This document shows positions 41,657-51,591 of a DNA stretch of 64,000 bases, in pieces. The stretch comes from Thermoproteota archaeon (GTDB lineage: Archaea > Thermoproteota > Thermoprotei_A > Sulfolobales > Ignisphaeraceae). The DNA is taken from contig JAUQPB010000001.1 in the NCBI GenBank assembly GCA_030550585.1, positions 480,001-544,000 on the forward strand, given 5' to 3'. The notes below the pieces were generated by a model. That model was not told where the DNA came from, did no database searches, and worked only from the letters and a program-made list of their open reading frames with translations. The position numbers were made by a program, and so were the translations under genes. Position 1 is the first letter of the stretch, and every line of letters starts with the position of its first letter.

Positions 41657-42715
41657 GTGGGTGCAAAACCGATACTAATTGTTGACAACCTGAAAAAGTA
41701 TTATGAGATTAGAGGGTCTTTTCTACAAGTGCTGGGAATTAAACCACCAACATATTTGAGGGCTGTGGATGGCATTACATTTTCCATAGATAGGGGAGAG
41801 ATCTTTTGCCTAGTCGGCGAATCTGGGTGTGGCAAGACAACAACTGGGAGATTGATAGCAAGGCTTATAACACCGACATCAGGTTCTATACTTTACAGAC
41901 CATCCGATGAACTTAAAAATTATCTTGAATCGCAAGGCTTTACAAATGAGTATATAGATCTTGGAAAGCGCTATCCAAAACAAATCGACAAGGCGTTGAG
42001 AAGAGAAATTCAGATAATATTCCAAGACCCGTACAGCTCTCTGAACCCAAGGATGAAGATCAAGGATATTTTGGAAGAGCCTCTAATCATACATGGAATT
42101 GGCGACAAACCTTCTCAGAGACTAGAGACTATCCTAAAGGCCCTTCAAGAAGTTAAGCTCGCGCCGCCAGAGGAATTTGTTGAGAGATATCCACATATGT
42201 TATCTGGTGGGCAGAGACAGAGGGTCGCAATTGCAAGAGCGTTGATACTAAAACCCTCTCTTATAGTTGCTGACGAACCTGTGAGCATGCTCGACGTTTC
42301 AATACGTGTAGAGATTCTACAGCTTATGCTAGACATTAAAAAGAGCAGAAATATATCATACCTATTCATAACACACGATCTTGCAGTAGCAAGTTATGTA
42401 TGTAACAAGATAGCTGTTATGTATCTAGGGAAAATAGTTGAAATGGGTGACGCTGAAAAGGTAGTAGAGAATCCGTTGCACCCATATACCAAAGCATTAA
42501 TAGAATCTGTTCCAGAGCCAGACCCACGCAATAGATTAGCCCTTAGGAAAATCGATATAAAGGGCGAGGTCCCCTCAGCAGTGAACATTCCACCTGGTTG
42601 CAGGTTTCACCCAAGATGCCCGTTTGCTATGGATATTTGCAGAAGGGAGGAGCCACCAATGATCGAAATAGAGAATGGTCATAAGGTTGCATGTTGGCTT
42701 TATGCGAAAAAGTGA
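41657..42715 (+). CDS. ABC ATPase (DppF/OppF-like)
   Basis: GESGCGKTT, IFQDPYSSLNP, LSGGQRQR, GCRFHPRC. Confidence 0.95.
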   Translation: MGAKPILIVDNLKKYYEIRGSFLQVLGIKPPTYLRAVDGITFSIDRGEIFCLVGESGCGKTTTGRLIARLITPTSGSILYRPSDELKNYLESQGFTNEYIDLGKRYPKQIDKALRREIQIIFQDPYSSLNPRMKIKDILEEPLIIHGIGDKPSQRLETILKALQEVKLAPPEEFVERYPHMLSGGQRQRVAIARALILKPSLIVADEPVSMLDVSIRVEILQLMLDIKKSRNISYLFITHDLAVASYVCNKIAVMYLGKIVEMGDAEKVVENPLHPYTKALIESVPEPDPRNRLALRKIDIKGEVPSAVNIPPGCRFHPRCPFAMDICRREEPPMIEIENGHKVACWLYAKK

Positions 42716-42806
42716 AAACTATTTTCTTTATAGCTTAAAAGCAGCTTCAAAATATTTTTTAAATGTTTAAAGTTATGTTTAGTCAATATGCTGATAGTGG
42801 TCTTAA

Positions 42807-43295
42807 ATGTCATCGTCAGGAGGAAGCTATAGACATATTGTAAGAATAGCTGAAACAGATATTCCAGGAAACATTAGCTTGGCCTGGGGCCTTGCAAAGA
42901 TAAAGGGTGTTGGATATAACATGGCTATAGCAATTTGTAGAAAGCTTGGTTTAGATCCCAGTTCTCTTGTAGGCTATTTAAGAGACGAGGATGTAGCACA
43001 AATAGAGGAGGTCATTAAGAATCCACTGAAGTATGGGTTTCCATCTTGGATGCTGAATAGAAGAAAGGACTATGAAACTGGGCAGGACATGCATCTTACT
43101 TCTTCCGAGTTGATATACTATGCTAGACAGGATATAGATAGAGAGATTAGGATTAGAAGCTGGAAAGGAATAAGACACTCAATGGGCTATAAGGTTAGGG
43201 GTCAGAAAACCCATACCACTGGTCGTATAGGACCTGTTGTAGGTGTGCAAAGAAAGAAGGCAGCCCAGCAGCAACAACAGCAACAACAGAAGTAG
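42807..43295 (+). CDS. rps13: 30S ribosomal protein S13 (uS13), poly-Gln tail
   Basis: IKGVG, WMLNRRKD, GIRH...VRGQKT. Confidence 0.97.
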   Translation: MSSSGGSYRHIVRIAETDIPGNISLAWGLAKIKGVGYNMAIAICRKLGLDPSSLVGYLRDEDVAQIEEVIKNPLKYGFPSWMLNRRKDYETGQDMHLTSSELIYYARQDIDREIRIRSWKGIRHSMGYKVRGQKTHTTGRIGPVVGVQRKKAAQQQQQQQQK

Positions 43296-43314
43296 TTTTT
43301 TGGTGGTGTAGGCA

Positions 43315-43836
43315 ATGGGCGATCCAAAGAAATCCAGAAGAAAGTGGGAATCACCAGGACATCCATGGATAAAGTCTAGATTAGAAAGAGAAATGGAGCT
43401 TGTTGGAACATATGGTCTTAGGAATAAGAGAGAGCTTTGGATTGCTGAAACGATGCTGAGAAGAGTAAAGCATCTAGCAAGATCTTTACTGGCTTTGCCG
43501 GAGGAGGAAAGAGAAAAGAGGCTTAATCAATTGGTGGCAAGGCTTTATAGCATGGGTATATTGCCGGCATCTAACGCCACAATCACAGATATCCTAAGCC
43601 TTTCAACAGAAGCTGTGCTGGAAAGGAGGTTACAGACAATTGTTTGGAAAAAAGGTTTGGCAAAGACAATTCATCAGGCTAGGCAGCTCATAGTTCATGG
43701 ACACATAGCTGTTAGGGGTAGGAGGGTCACATCCCCAGGATATCTAGTTAGCAGAGAAGATGAAAAATATATAGATTTTTACCCAACCTCTCCATATGCA
43801 AAAGCTGGTGCAACTAAAGCAACACAGACAGGCTGA
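43315..43836 (+). CDS. rps4: 30S ribosomal protein S4 (uS4)
   Basis: [32 protein letters not shown]. Confidence 0.97.
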   Translation: MGDPKKSRRKWESPGHPWIKSRLEREMELVGTYGLRNKRELWIAETMLRRVKHLARSLLALPEEEREKRLNQLVARLYSMGILPASNATITDILSLSTEAVLERRLQTIVWKKGLAKTIHQARQLIVHGHIAVRGRRVTSPGYLVSREDEKYIDFYPTSPYAKAGATKATQTG

Positions 43837-43850
43837 GGTGACTAAGATAG

Positions 43851-44252
43851 ATGTCTTTTGGAAGTAGAGAACTGAAATGGGGTATAGCACACATATATGC
43901 ATCTTTCAACAACACAATAATACATATAACAGATATTAGTGGCGCCGAGACTGTTGCCAGAGGCTCTGGAGGTATGGTTGTGAGAGCCGACAGAGAGAAG
44001 CCAAGTCCTTATGCAGCTATGATGGTTGCCTATAGAGTTGCTCAAGAGTCTATGGAAAAAGGCGTTACAGCAATACATATAAGAGTTAGGGCTCCTGGTG
44101 GTCACGGGCCCAAGATACCTGGTCCAGGAGCACAAGCTGCTATAAGAGCCTTGGCTAGGGCAGGATTTATTATCGGTAGGATAGAGGATGTAACCCCAAT
44201 ACCGCATGATACCACTAGAAGGCCTGGCGGCAGACGTGGTAGAAGGGTGTAA
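43851..44252 (+). CDS. rps11: 30S ribosomal protein S11 (uS11)
   Basis: [36 protein letters not shown]. Confidence 0.98.
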   Translation: MSFGSRELKWGIAHIYASFNNTIIHITDISGAETVARGSGGMVVRADREKPSPYAAMMVAYRVAQESMEKGVTAIHIRVRAPGGHGPKIPGPGAQAAIRALARAGFIIGRIEDVTPIPHDTTRRPGGRRGRRV

Positions 44253-44255
44253 TTA

Positions 44256-45113
44256 TTGAATATAGTGATTAGGGAGTGGTCTAAAGAGTTCATAGAGCTA
44301 TTTGTTGATGGAGCTCCTCTACCGCTACTAAATGCTATCAGAAGATACTCCCTAGCTAAGGTTCCAACATATGCCATAGATGAGGTAACAATAGTATCAA
44401 ATACCTCAGCTATGTTTGATGAAATGCTTGCACATAGATTGGCAATGGTACCTCTACGGAGTGAGGAAAGCGTTGACAGGTTGCTAGAGGTGGATGTAGC
44501 TACCTGTGAGAAATGCTCGCTTGATTCTGAGGAGAAGCCACCCAAAGATTTATGCGATAAATGCTTTGTTAACATGTTTCTCGAGGTTGAGGCACACGAT
44601 AACGAGATTACAGTATATTCTGGAGATATAAAGTCTGAGGATCCATACGTAAAACCAGTATACGATAATATACCAATAGTTGTTCTCTCACCCGGGCAGA
44701 GAGTTGCTTTAGAGATTAGAGCCAGGATTGGTAGGGGGTTGGAGCATGCTAAGTGGAGTCCCGCAACTGTTTCTGTCACTAGACACTTGGCTAGAATTGA
44801 AGTAGACAAAGGTTTGTGCACTCTTTGTGGAAAATGTGTTGAGGTGTGCCCCAAAAAGGTTCTTTATGTGGATGGCAACGAGATCAAAATTAGAAACATA
44901 TTTGATTGTATAATATGCAAGCAATGTATGCAAGTATGCCAGCCAAAGGCAATAAGCGTTGATGGAATAGACGATAAAAATATTTTAAGGATAGAGTCTA
45001 GCGGGTCTCTAGAGCCCGAAACCATACTTAAAATATCCCTTGAAATCTTGAAAAAAGAGCTTGCAGAAATCAGAAGCTTTATTGAAGAACTTAAAAAAGG
45101 TGGTGGTAGTTGA
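44256..45113 (+). CDS. rpoD: RNA polymerase subunit Rpo3 (D)
   Basis: NAIRR, DEMLAHRLAMVP, HAKWSP, ferredoxin-like domain. Confidence 0.96.
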   Translation: MNIVIREWSKEFIELFVDGAPLPLLNAIRRYSLAKVPTYAIDEVTIVSNTSAMFDEMLAHRLAMVPLRSEESVDRLLEVDVATCEKCSLDSEEKPPKDLCDKCFVNMFLEVEAHDNEITVYSGDIKSEDPYVKPVYDNIPIVVLSPGQRVALEIRARIGRGLEHAKWSPATVSVTRHLARIEVDKGLCTLCGKCVEVCPKKVLYVDGNEIKIRNIFDCIICKQCMQVCQPKAISVDGIDDKNILRIESSGSLEPETILKISLEILKKELAEIRSFIEELKKGGGS

Positions 45114-45472
45114 GGAGAACAGGCCCCACAAACTACATATTGAGAAAGACCATAAGAGAACTTAGGAAAGCTGCTAGAGCTAATAAAGCAGCTATTTGGA
45201 GATATGTGGCCGAATTACTCGAAAGACCTGCTAGAAGAAGGGTTGTAGTAAACATCTATAAAATAAATAGGTATACAAGTGATGGAGATGTTGTTGTGGT
45301 TCCAGGAAAAGTTCTAGGTGTTGGCAAATTAGATCACAAGGTTACAATCGCTGCTGTAAGCTTTTCTCTAGTGGCCCTAGAAAAAGTTAAGAGTGCTGGT
45401 GGAAGAGCTGTGCACATACTTGATCTTGTTAAAGAGAATCCTACTGGAAGTAGAGTAAAGGTGATCATATGA
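45110..45472 (+). CDS. rpl18e: 50S ribosomal protein L18e
   Basis: TGPTN, VVVPGKVLG. Confidence 0.95.
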   Translation: MRRTGPTNYILRKTIRELRKAARANKAAIWRYVAELLERPARRRVVVNIYKINRYTSDGDVVVVPGKVLGVGKLDHKVTIAAVSFSLVALEKVKSAGGRAVHILDLVKENPTGSRVKVII

Positions 45473-45972
45473 GTATAGTGGAAAGCACATCAAAAGATCT
45501 ATATGCAAACGTATTGTCGAAGGGAATAAAGGAAGTCATTATCGATGCGGATTCCATGGTTTTGGGAAGACTTGCAAGCATAGTTGCAAAACTGGCTCTT
45601 ATGAATGTTAAAGTTCATGTTGTCAATGTTGAGAAAGCCATGTTGACAGGAGATAAGAAGAGGGTGATAGAAGGTTATAAGCTTTTATTCAATGTAAAAA
45701 CCCATAAAAATCCATATAGACACGCTATACATAGGCCGAGGAACCCTGTAACAATATTTAAAAAAGCTGTTAAGAATATGCTTCCAAAAGATAATTGGAG
45801 AGGTGTAGAGGCACTTAAAAATGTTAAGGCCTATATAGGTGTGCCAGCCAAGTTTGAGGGGAGGGAAATCGTAAGAATTATTGATGTATCTATATATAGC
45901 CGAAAAGCAGAAAAATATATTACATTAGCTGAGTTGGCTAGAGCCCTTGGCTGGCATCAGAAGGTGGTGTAA
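45469..45972 (+). CDS. rpl13: 50S ribosomal protein L13 (uL13)
   Basis: IDADSMVLGRLASIVAK, KNMLP. Confidence 0.94.
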   Translation: MSIVESTSKDLYANVLSKGIKEVIIDADSMVLGRLASIVAKLALMNVKVHVVNVEKAMLTGDKKRVIEGYKLLFNVKTHKNPYRHAIHRPRNPVTIFKKAVKNMLPKDNWRGVEALKNVKAYIGVPAKFEGREIVRIIDVSIYSRKAEKYITLAELARALGWHQKVV

Positions 45973-45975
45973 TAG

Positions 45976-46437
45976 ATGTCGCAAGAAAAGCAGGAGCTGA
46001 GACTAATTGGCGCATATCCTCAGATAGTTAGTGGGAAAAAGATTGTGATAAGTGTTGGCAAGAGAAAGACTGCTATTGCAAGGGCAATTATAAGACCTGG
46101 GCAGGGCAGGTTCAGAGTTAATGGCTATCCAGTTGAGCTATGGCCGATAGAGTTGGCAAGGTTAAAGATGCTCGAACCTCTGAATATTCTTAGTGAGAAG
46201 CTTAGAAATACTATTGATATAGATGTCAATGTTGAGGGTGGGGGTGTGATGGCACAGGCCTACGCTGTACGAACAGCTGTTGCTAGGGGTCTTGTAATGT
46301 ACTTTGAAAACCCATTAATAAAACAGCTTTTTAATGAGTATGACAGGTCAATGCTGGCTGGCGATCCTAGGCAGACAGAGCCTGAAAAGTGGATGAGATA
46401 TAGCGCTAGGAGATTTAGACAAAAATCATATAGGTGA
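45976..46437 (+). CDS. rps9: 30S ribosomal protein S9 (uS9)
   Basis: GKRKTAIARA, GGGVMAQA, QKSYR. Confidence 0.97.
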   Translation: MSQEKQELRLIGAYPQIVSGKKIVISVGKRKTAIARAIIRPGQGRFRVNGYPVELWPIELARLKMLEPLNILSEKLRNTIDIDVNVEGGGVMAQAYAVRTAVARGLVMYFENPLIKQLFNEYDRSMLAGDPRQTEPEKWMRYSARRFRQKSYR

Positions 46438-46443
46438 GATGAA

Positions 46444-46644
46444 GTGATAATACCTGTTAGATGCTTCACATGCGGTTATCCAATAGGTGCTAAATGGGAA
46501 GAGTTTAGAAGGCGTGTGGAGAATGGGGAGGAACCAGCAAAAGTTTTGGACGACCTTGGTATAAAGAGGTATTGCTGTCGAAGGATGATGATCTCACACA
46601 TAGAATTATTTAGACATGTCATAAAATATGGTAGTGTTAAATAG
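46444..46644 (+). CDS. rpoN: RNA polymerase subunit Rpo10 (N)
   Basis: [18 protein letters not shown]. Confidence 0.97.
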   Translation: MIIPVRCFTCGYPIGAKWEEFRRRVENGEEPAKVLDDLGIKRYCCRRMMISHIELFRHVIKYGSVK

Positions 46645-46653
46645 GTGTTGTAA

Positions 46654-47280
46654 ATGGAAGAGCAGAAAGCATTAGCGCAACAACAAGTGGAGCTTCTGGT
46701 GCCCCTAGAGCTATATCTCCAAGCAGGGGTTCACATAGGGACTCATACATGCACCAAGCAAATGGAGAAATTTGTTTTTAGAGTTAGACCAGATGGACTC
46801 TACATACTAGATATCAAGAAAACTGATGAGAGGTTAAGAATAGCTGGCAAATTCCTTAGCAGATACGAACCATCGAAAATAATGGTGGTTTCGACAAGGC
46901 AATATGGAAAACAGCCAGTGCTGAAATTTGCAGAGTTTGTTGGTGCGAAACCCGTAGTTGGAAGATTTGTTCCCGGCACACTTACAAATCCAAAGCTTGA
47001 CTGGTACTATGAACCAGATGTTATAATATTGACTGACCCGAGGATAGACTCGCAGCCGCTTGACGAGGCATTAATGATTGGTATACCAGTGGTTGCTTTT
47101 GTTAGTACAGATAACAGATTGGAGGGGGTTGACCTAGCAATACCCGCCAACAACAAAGGCAGAAAATCTCTAGCATTATTGTACTGGATACTAGCAAGGC
47201 AAATTCTACGAGAGAGGGGAAGTATAGGACCCACAGACAACCTGCCTGTTACTCACGAAGCCTTTGAATCTCCTACCTGA
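46654..47280 (+). CDS. rps2: 30S ribosomal protein S2 (uS2)
   Basis: [25 protein letters not shown]. Confidence 0.97.
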   Translation: MEEQKALAQQQVELLVPLELYLQAGVHIGTHTCTKQMEKFVFRVRPDGLYILDIKKTDERLRIAGKFLSRYEPSKIMVVSTRQYGKQPVLKFAEFVGAKPVVGRFVPGTLTNPKLDWYYEPDVIILTDPRIDSQPLDEALMIGIPVVAFVSTDNRLEGVDLAIPANNKGRKSLALLYWILARQILRERGSIGPTDNLPVTHEAFESPT

Positions 47281-47297
47281 ATAAACCATGTGATTCA

Positions 47298-48116
47298 ATG
47301 AATAGAGTGCTACGTAAAAGAGTTTCAATTCCTTTTACAATAATTGGCATTCCAATAAAAGGCTTCTACACGCCATTTGTATCAGCTCCGTCAAACATTT
47401 CATGCACCTTTATAGCAAGGATTGAAAGAGGCTCAAAAAGCTATGAGAGAACCTTGGACTACAAGCACCTAGATATTAGTGCAAACATTATAAACTATGT
47501 TGGTATGGTATTAGATGAACTAGGCTATGAAGGGATTGGTGGAGAAGTTAATGTCTCTTGCGACAGAGACCCACCTACGATATCTGTGTTCTCTGTAGCA
47601 ACAATTGAAATAATAAAGGAGTTGTTGGGAATAACTGCAAGGGATTACCTGTGGGCTCTAAAAAATATGGCACCATTTGACGAGAAAGTGCTTGGATTTG
47701 ATCCAGGCTATATTGAGTCATTGAGATGTTCCCATCTCTTCAATAGTGTATGTGTAGTTAAGGGACATAATGAAATAGTTAGATTGGGTAGTGCAAGGGT
47801 TTTTATTGAAAAAGTAAAGGAGGTTTTGTGCAAAGATAGAGAATGTAACTCACTTGAATATCCATATGATAGCTATACATTGTCGCTCTTTTACAAGTTG
47901 CTAACACATGTGATAGGCCTTTTTGCGCAAACGGTTAATGCAAATGGAGAAACAGGTTTAGATAAAATAAGTAAGGTGCTTGGCTTGTACATTGCGTGGG
48001 AGAGCAAAGCTGTAAAAGACTATCTAGGTGATGAACTTGTTTATAGCGAGGTAAGCGAGGCAAAACCGGTCATGGACTACACCAAAGTGGGGTTCTATAG
48101 AATAAAATTCATGTAG
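47298..48116 (+). CDS. Hypothetical protein, probable degenerate GHMP/mevalonate-kinase-like fold
   Basis: Intact ORF in the usual mvk slot; by-eye similarity to the GHMP N-domain but no PxGxGLGSSAA loop. Confidence 0.55.
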   Translation: MNRVLRKRVSIPFTIIGIPIKGFYTPFVSAPSNISCTFIARIERGSKSYERTLDYKHLDISANIINYVGMVLDELGYEGIGGEVNVSCDRDPPTISVFSVATIEIIKELLGITARDYLWALKNMAPFDEKVLGFDPGYIESLRCSHLFNSVCVVKGHNEIVRLGSARVFIEKVKEVLCKDRECNSLEYPYDSYTLSLFYKLLTHVIGLFAQTVNANGETGLDKISKVLGLYIAWESKAVKDYLGDELVYSEVSEAKPVMDYTKVGFYRIKFM

Positions 48117-48123
48117 CACAGGT

Positions 48124-48912
48124 TTGAGGTATATGATGGGCATAGTTAACATTCTAAAGATTGGCGGATCAGTGATAACAAACAAGGATGTCGAGTATTC
48201 AATAAGGTTTGACGAAATGTATAGAGTAGCTTATGAGATTAGCAAAGCATATCAGCTATGTACAAAGCAAATAATCTTGATACACGGTGGTGGGAGTTTT
48301 GGTCATGCAACTGTTGTAGAGCATGGGAATATAGAAAGTGGGCAAGCGATAACCCAGATAGTGTGGTTCATGAAAGAGCTGAACACTGTTTTCACCGATG
48401 CGTTGAATGCATATGGCGTTCCAGCACTATCTCTAGACACACACGCGGTTTTTTATCGAAGTCGTGGAGGAGAGCTAGAGTGTTTTTCTAAACCAATTGA
48501 AATGGCTCTGAAGAAAGGGGTCGTACCAATACTCTTTGGAGATATAATATTTGGGGACAATGACACAGAAATTTTGTCTGGCGATGAAATAGCGTGGAAG
48601 CTTTCAACAATTTTCAAACCGAGTAGAATACTCTTTGCAACAGATGTTGATGGTGTTTATGATAAGGATCCTAGAGACCCTAGAGCACACTTTCTAGAGC
48701 TTGTTAGAATAAGAGATATTGAGGCTATTGATACTAGTCTTCGGAAGAGAATTGATGTGACAGGAGGCATAAGGGCAAAGCTTCTATATGGTCTAAAATA
48801 TTGGAATAGTGATATAAGAGAGGTTCTTATATTCAATGGGCTTAAAAAAGATAACATCGTTAAAGCTCTTTGTGGAAAAAATGTTAGGGGGAGCAGGGTG
48901 GTGATGCTATGA
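48124..48912 (+). CDS. ipk: Isopentenyl phosphate kinase
   Basis: ILKIGGSVITNK, IHGGGSFGH, ILSGD, DVTGGI; upstream of fni. Confidence 0.92.
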   Translation: MRYMMGIVNILKIGGSVITNKDVEYSIRFDEMYRVAYEISKAYQLCTKQIILIHGGGSFGHATVVEHGNIESGQAITQIVWFMKELNTVFTDALNAYGVPALSLDTHAVFYRSRGGELECFSKPIEMALKKGVVPILFGDIIFGDNDTEILSGDEIAWKLSTIFKPSRILFATDVDGVYDKDPRDPRAHFLELVRIRDIEAIDTSLRKRIDVTGGIRAKLLYGLKYWNSDIREVLIFNGLKKDNIVKALCGKNVRGSRVVML

Positions 48913-50000
48913 GTATAGAGAATAGAAAAAAAGAGCACATAGAAATAGCCTTATCTCCAGAGTCGCAAGGACCACTAACAACGCTATTCGAGGATGTTGT
49001 CTTAGTTCATAACGCTATCCCAGATGTTTCATATGATGAAATCGATGTATCAATAAATTTCCTTGGGCACAAACTCAATGCACCGCTAATAATCTCTGGT
49101 ATGACAGGTGGAACCGAGAAAGCCTTTGAAATAAATAGGAGACTGGCAGAGCTAGCCGAAGAGTTTCGTATAGCAATTGGCGTTGGCAGTCAAAGAGCCA
49201 TGATTGAAAACCCTTCTCTTCTATACACATATAAGGTTGTAAGGGATATAGCAAAATCGGTTCCGGTTATAGCTAATATTGGCTTTGCACAGCTAAAGAA
49301 GATAGGTATTGACCAGATAGAGGGTATGGTCTCAGCAATAGAAGCTAACGCGCTTGCCATCCATTTGAATCCAGCTCAGGAACTTGTCCAAGTTGAGGGC
49401 GATAAAGACTTTAGAGGGGTGCTTGACATACTTAAGGAACTTGCATCAAAGCTTTCAGTTCCTTTAATAATAAAAGAGGTTGGAAACGGGCTTTCAAAAG
49501 AGGTTGCCGAGAAGCTGTATTCCATAGGCATAAAAATATTCGATGTTGCTGGTGCTGGCGGCACCAACTGGGTCAAGATAGAATTGTTGAGGGGTCTAAA
49601 AAGCGGTGCAGATATGACTAGATTCGGTGAGGTGTTTACAGCTTGGGGGATACCAACAGCGGCTTCAATATGTGAAGTTAGGTCGGTTGCAGAGGATATA
49701 ACAGTAATTGGAAGTGGCGGAATTAGATCCGGTCTAGACATTGCAAAAGCTATTTCTCTTGGTGCAGATCTCGCAGCCGCCGCACAGCCATTTCTCAAAA
49801 GCGTGGCTATGGGAAGAGGCAGAGAATATGTAAACACAATTTTAAGACAACTCAAAACCGCAATGGCTCTTGTGAACTCTAAAAATATAGAGGAGCTGAA
49901 GCATGCCCCCACGGTGGTGCTTGGTAGGCTTGCCCAATGGATTTGCTCTAGAAAACTGAGGCTAAGAAACAATCACATTTATATACATTGTTGCTATTAG
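48909..50000 (+). CDS. fni: Type 2 isopentenyl-diphosphate isomerase
   Basis: RKKEHI, MTGG, VGSQR, HLNPAQE, KEVGNG, GAGGT. Confidence 0.96.
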   Translation: MSIENRKKEHIEIALSPESQGPLTTLFEDVVLVHNAIPDVSYDEIDVSINFLGHKLNAPLIISGMTGGTEKAFEINRRLAELAEEFRIAIGVGSQRAMIENPSLLYTYKVVRDIAKSVPVIANIGFAQLKKIGIDQIEGMVSAIEANALAIHLNPAQELVQVEGDKDFRGVLDILKELASKLSVPLIIKEVGNGLSKEVAEKLYSIGIKIFDVAGAGGTNWVKIELLRGLKSGADMTRFGEVFTAWGIPTAASICEVRSVAEDITVIGSGGIRSGLDIAKAISLGADLAAAAQPFLKSVAMGRGREYVNTILRQLKTAMALVNSKNIEELKHAPTVVLGRLAQWICSRKLRLRNNHIYIHCCY

Positions 50001-50004
50001 AAAT

Positions 50005-51012
50005 ATGGGAAGCCATATGGATTTAACGAGTTATGCAAATGTTGTCGCAAAGAAAGTCGAAGATTTCATATACAATAATTTAAAGGGCTATCCACAAAAA
50101 CTATATGAAGCATCGCTACATTATATCAGAGCCGGTGGTAAGAGGCTTAGACCCCTGGTAGTTGTGCTCTCTAGCAGAATTGGTGGTGGTAGCGAAGAAA
50201 TAGCTATACCAGGTGCTGCAGCTGTAGAAGTTTTACACACATTCACACTCGTTCACGACGACATAATCGACAAGGATGAGTTTAGACGAGGCGTTCCAAC
50301 AGTACATAAACTATGGGGTGTTGAGATGGGCATCATAGCAGGAGACCTTCTGTTTGCTTATGCATATAAATGCTTGTTAAAGGCTCTGGAATACTCTGTG
50401 CCAAGCGAGAGGGTTGCCAAGGCTTTGGAAGCATTGACAGAAGCAGCTATAACAGTGGCTGAGGGACAGGCTCTAGACATGCTACTACCAGAAATGGAAA
50501 ATGCTGATATTGAGGATTACATAGACATGGTCTCAAAGAAAACAGCTGCACTATTCGCATATTCCGCAAAAATTGGTGGTATCTTGGCAGGAGCAGAGGA
50601 GAGACTGGTCTCAAACCTGTTTAATGCAATGATGAATGCAGGTATAGCATTTCAAATAAGAGACGATATACTTGGGCTAGTAGGCGATGAGAAAACACTT
50701 GGAAAACCTGTCTACAGTGATTTGAGAGAAGGCAAGAGGACTATACTGGTCATATACTCTTTGAAGAATTTAGATGAAGGTAAAAAAGCAAAGGTGCTCA
50801 GCGTTCTTGGAAACAGAAAAGCAGACATAGACTCTTTAAAAGAAGTGGCGCAGATCATTAGAGAGAGCGGAGCCATAGAATATGCAGATTCTCTCAGCGA
50901 GATGTATGCAAGCAGGGCGCTGGAGATTGTTAAGAGCATAGATTCAAACGATAGAGAAGCCCTTGAAATGTTCAAAGAAGTGATAGGATTCATGATAAAG
51001 AGAAACTATTAG
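50005..51012 (+). CDS. gds: Geranylgeranyl diphosphate synthase
   Basis: GGKRLRP, FTLVHDDIID, RRG, GQALD, FQIRDD. Confidence 0.93.
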   Translation: MGSHMDLTSYANVVAKKVEDFIYNNLKGYPQKLYEASLHYIRAGGKRLRPLVVVLSSRIGGGSEEIAIPGAAAVEVLHTFTLVHDDIIDKDEFRRGVPTVHKLWGVEMGIIAGDLLFAYAYKCLLKALEYSVPSERVAKALEALTEAAITVAEGQALDMLLPEMENADIEDYIDMVSKKTAALFAYSAKIGGILAGAEERLVSNLFNAMMNAGIAFQIRDDILGLVGDEKTLGKPVYSDLREGKRTILVIYSLKNLDEGKKAKVLSVLGNRKADIDSLKEVAQIIRESGAIEYADSLSEMYASRALEIVKSIDSNDREALEMFKEVIGFMIKRNY

Positions 51013-51042
51013 AACTTAGAGCTCAGCTGAGGAAAAAATTAA

Positions 51043-51591
51043 ATGTTCAAAAAGTCTTTTCAAAGGGTTGCATACCCTGTCGCATATTTAGATGAAGAAA
51101 GTATAAAGACTCTTGCTACGCAACACAACCTTCTTAGATATGTAAATCCGACCTCGAGAATCTATATAAACAGCAAGAGAAGATGTTTTGACGATAAGCC
51201 CTTGCAAGGTGGGGATAAGCAGCTCGTGGAAATAGTCTATGAGGCCCTACCTGAGCTTGCAATTGATGTAGAGAAAGGGATTGTAAAAACAAGTTTCGCT
51301 ATATACCTGCCAGAAAATGATCAATTGCTATATGTGGACACAGCTACAAAGGCTTTTATCATTGAAGCTTCAGGAAAAAATGTTTATCCACTTGTATCTG
51401 AGGGTAAAGTGGTTTCAGAGCATGAAAAAATATTTTATGTGGTGACAAACAAATTTGAGGTCAGGGTTATACGAGCAGAGGTTAGAGGAATAGTAGTCTA
51501 CATAGGTGATGCACTAGATAGCGAAACCAGTAAAATGATTTTAATAATAGTTGGTGAGGACAATGTCATCACAGTCTCTAGATGCCATTAA
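51043..51591 (+). CDS. DUF2118-like archaeal protein (barrel-sandwich/lipoyl-like C-terminus)
   Basis: EGKVV...YVVTNKFEVRVIRAEVRGIVVYI; position between gds and gltX. Confidence 0.6.
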   Translation: MFKKSFQRVAYPVAYLDEESIKTLATQHNLLRYVNPTSRIYINSKRRCFDDKPLQGGDKQLVEIVYEALPELAIDVEKGIVKTSFAIYLPENDQLLYVDTATKAFIIEASGKNVYPLVSEGKVVSEHEKIFYVVTNKFEVRVIRAEVRGIVVYIGDALDSETSKMILIIVGEDNVITVSRCH

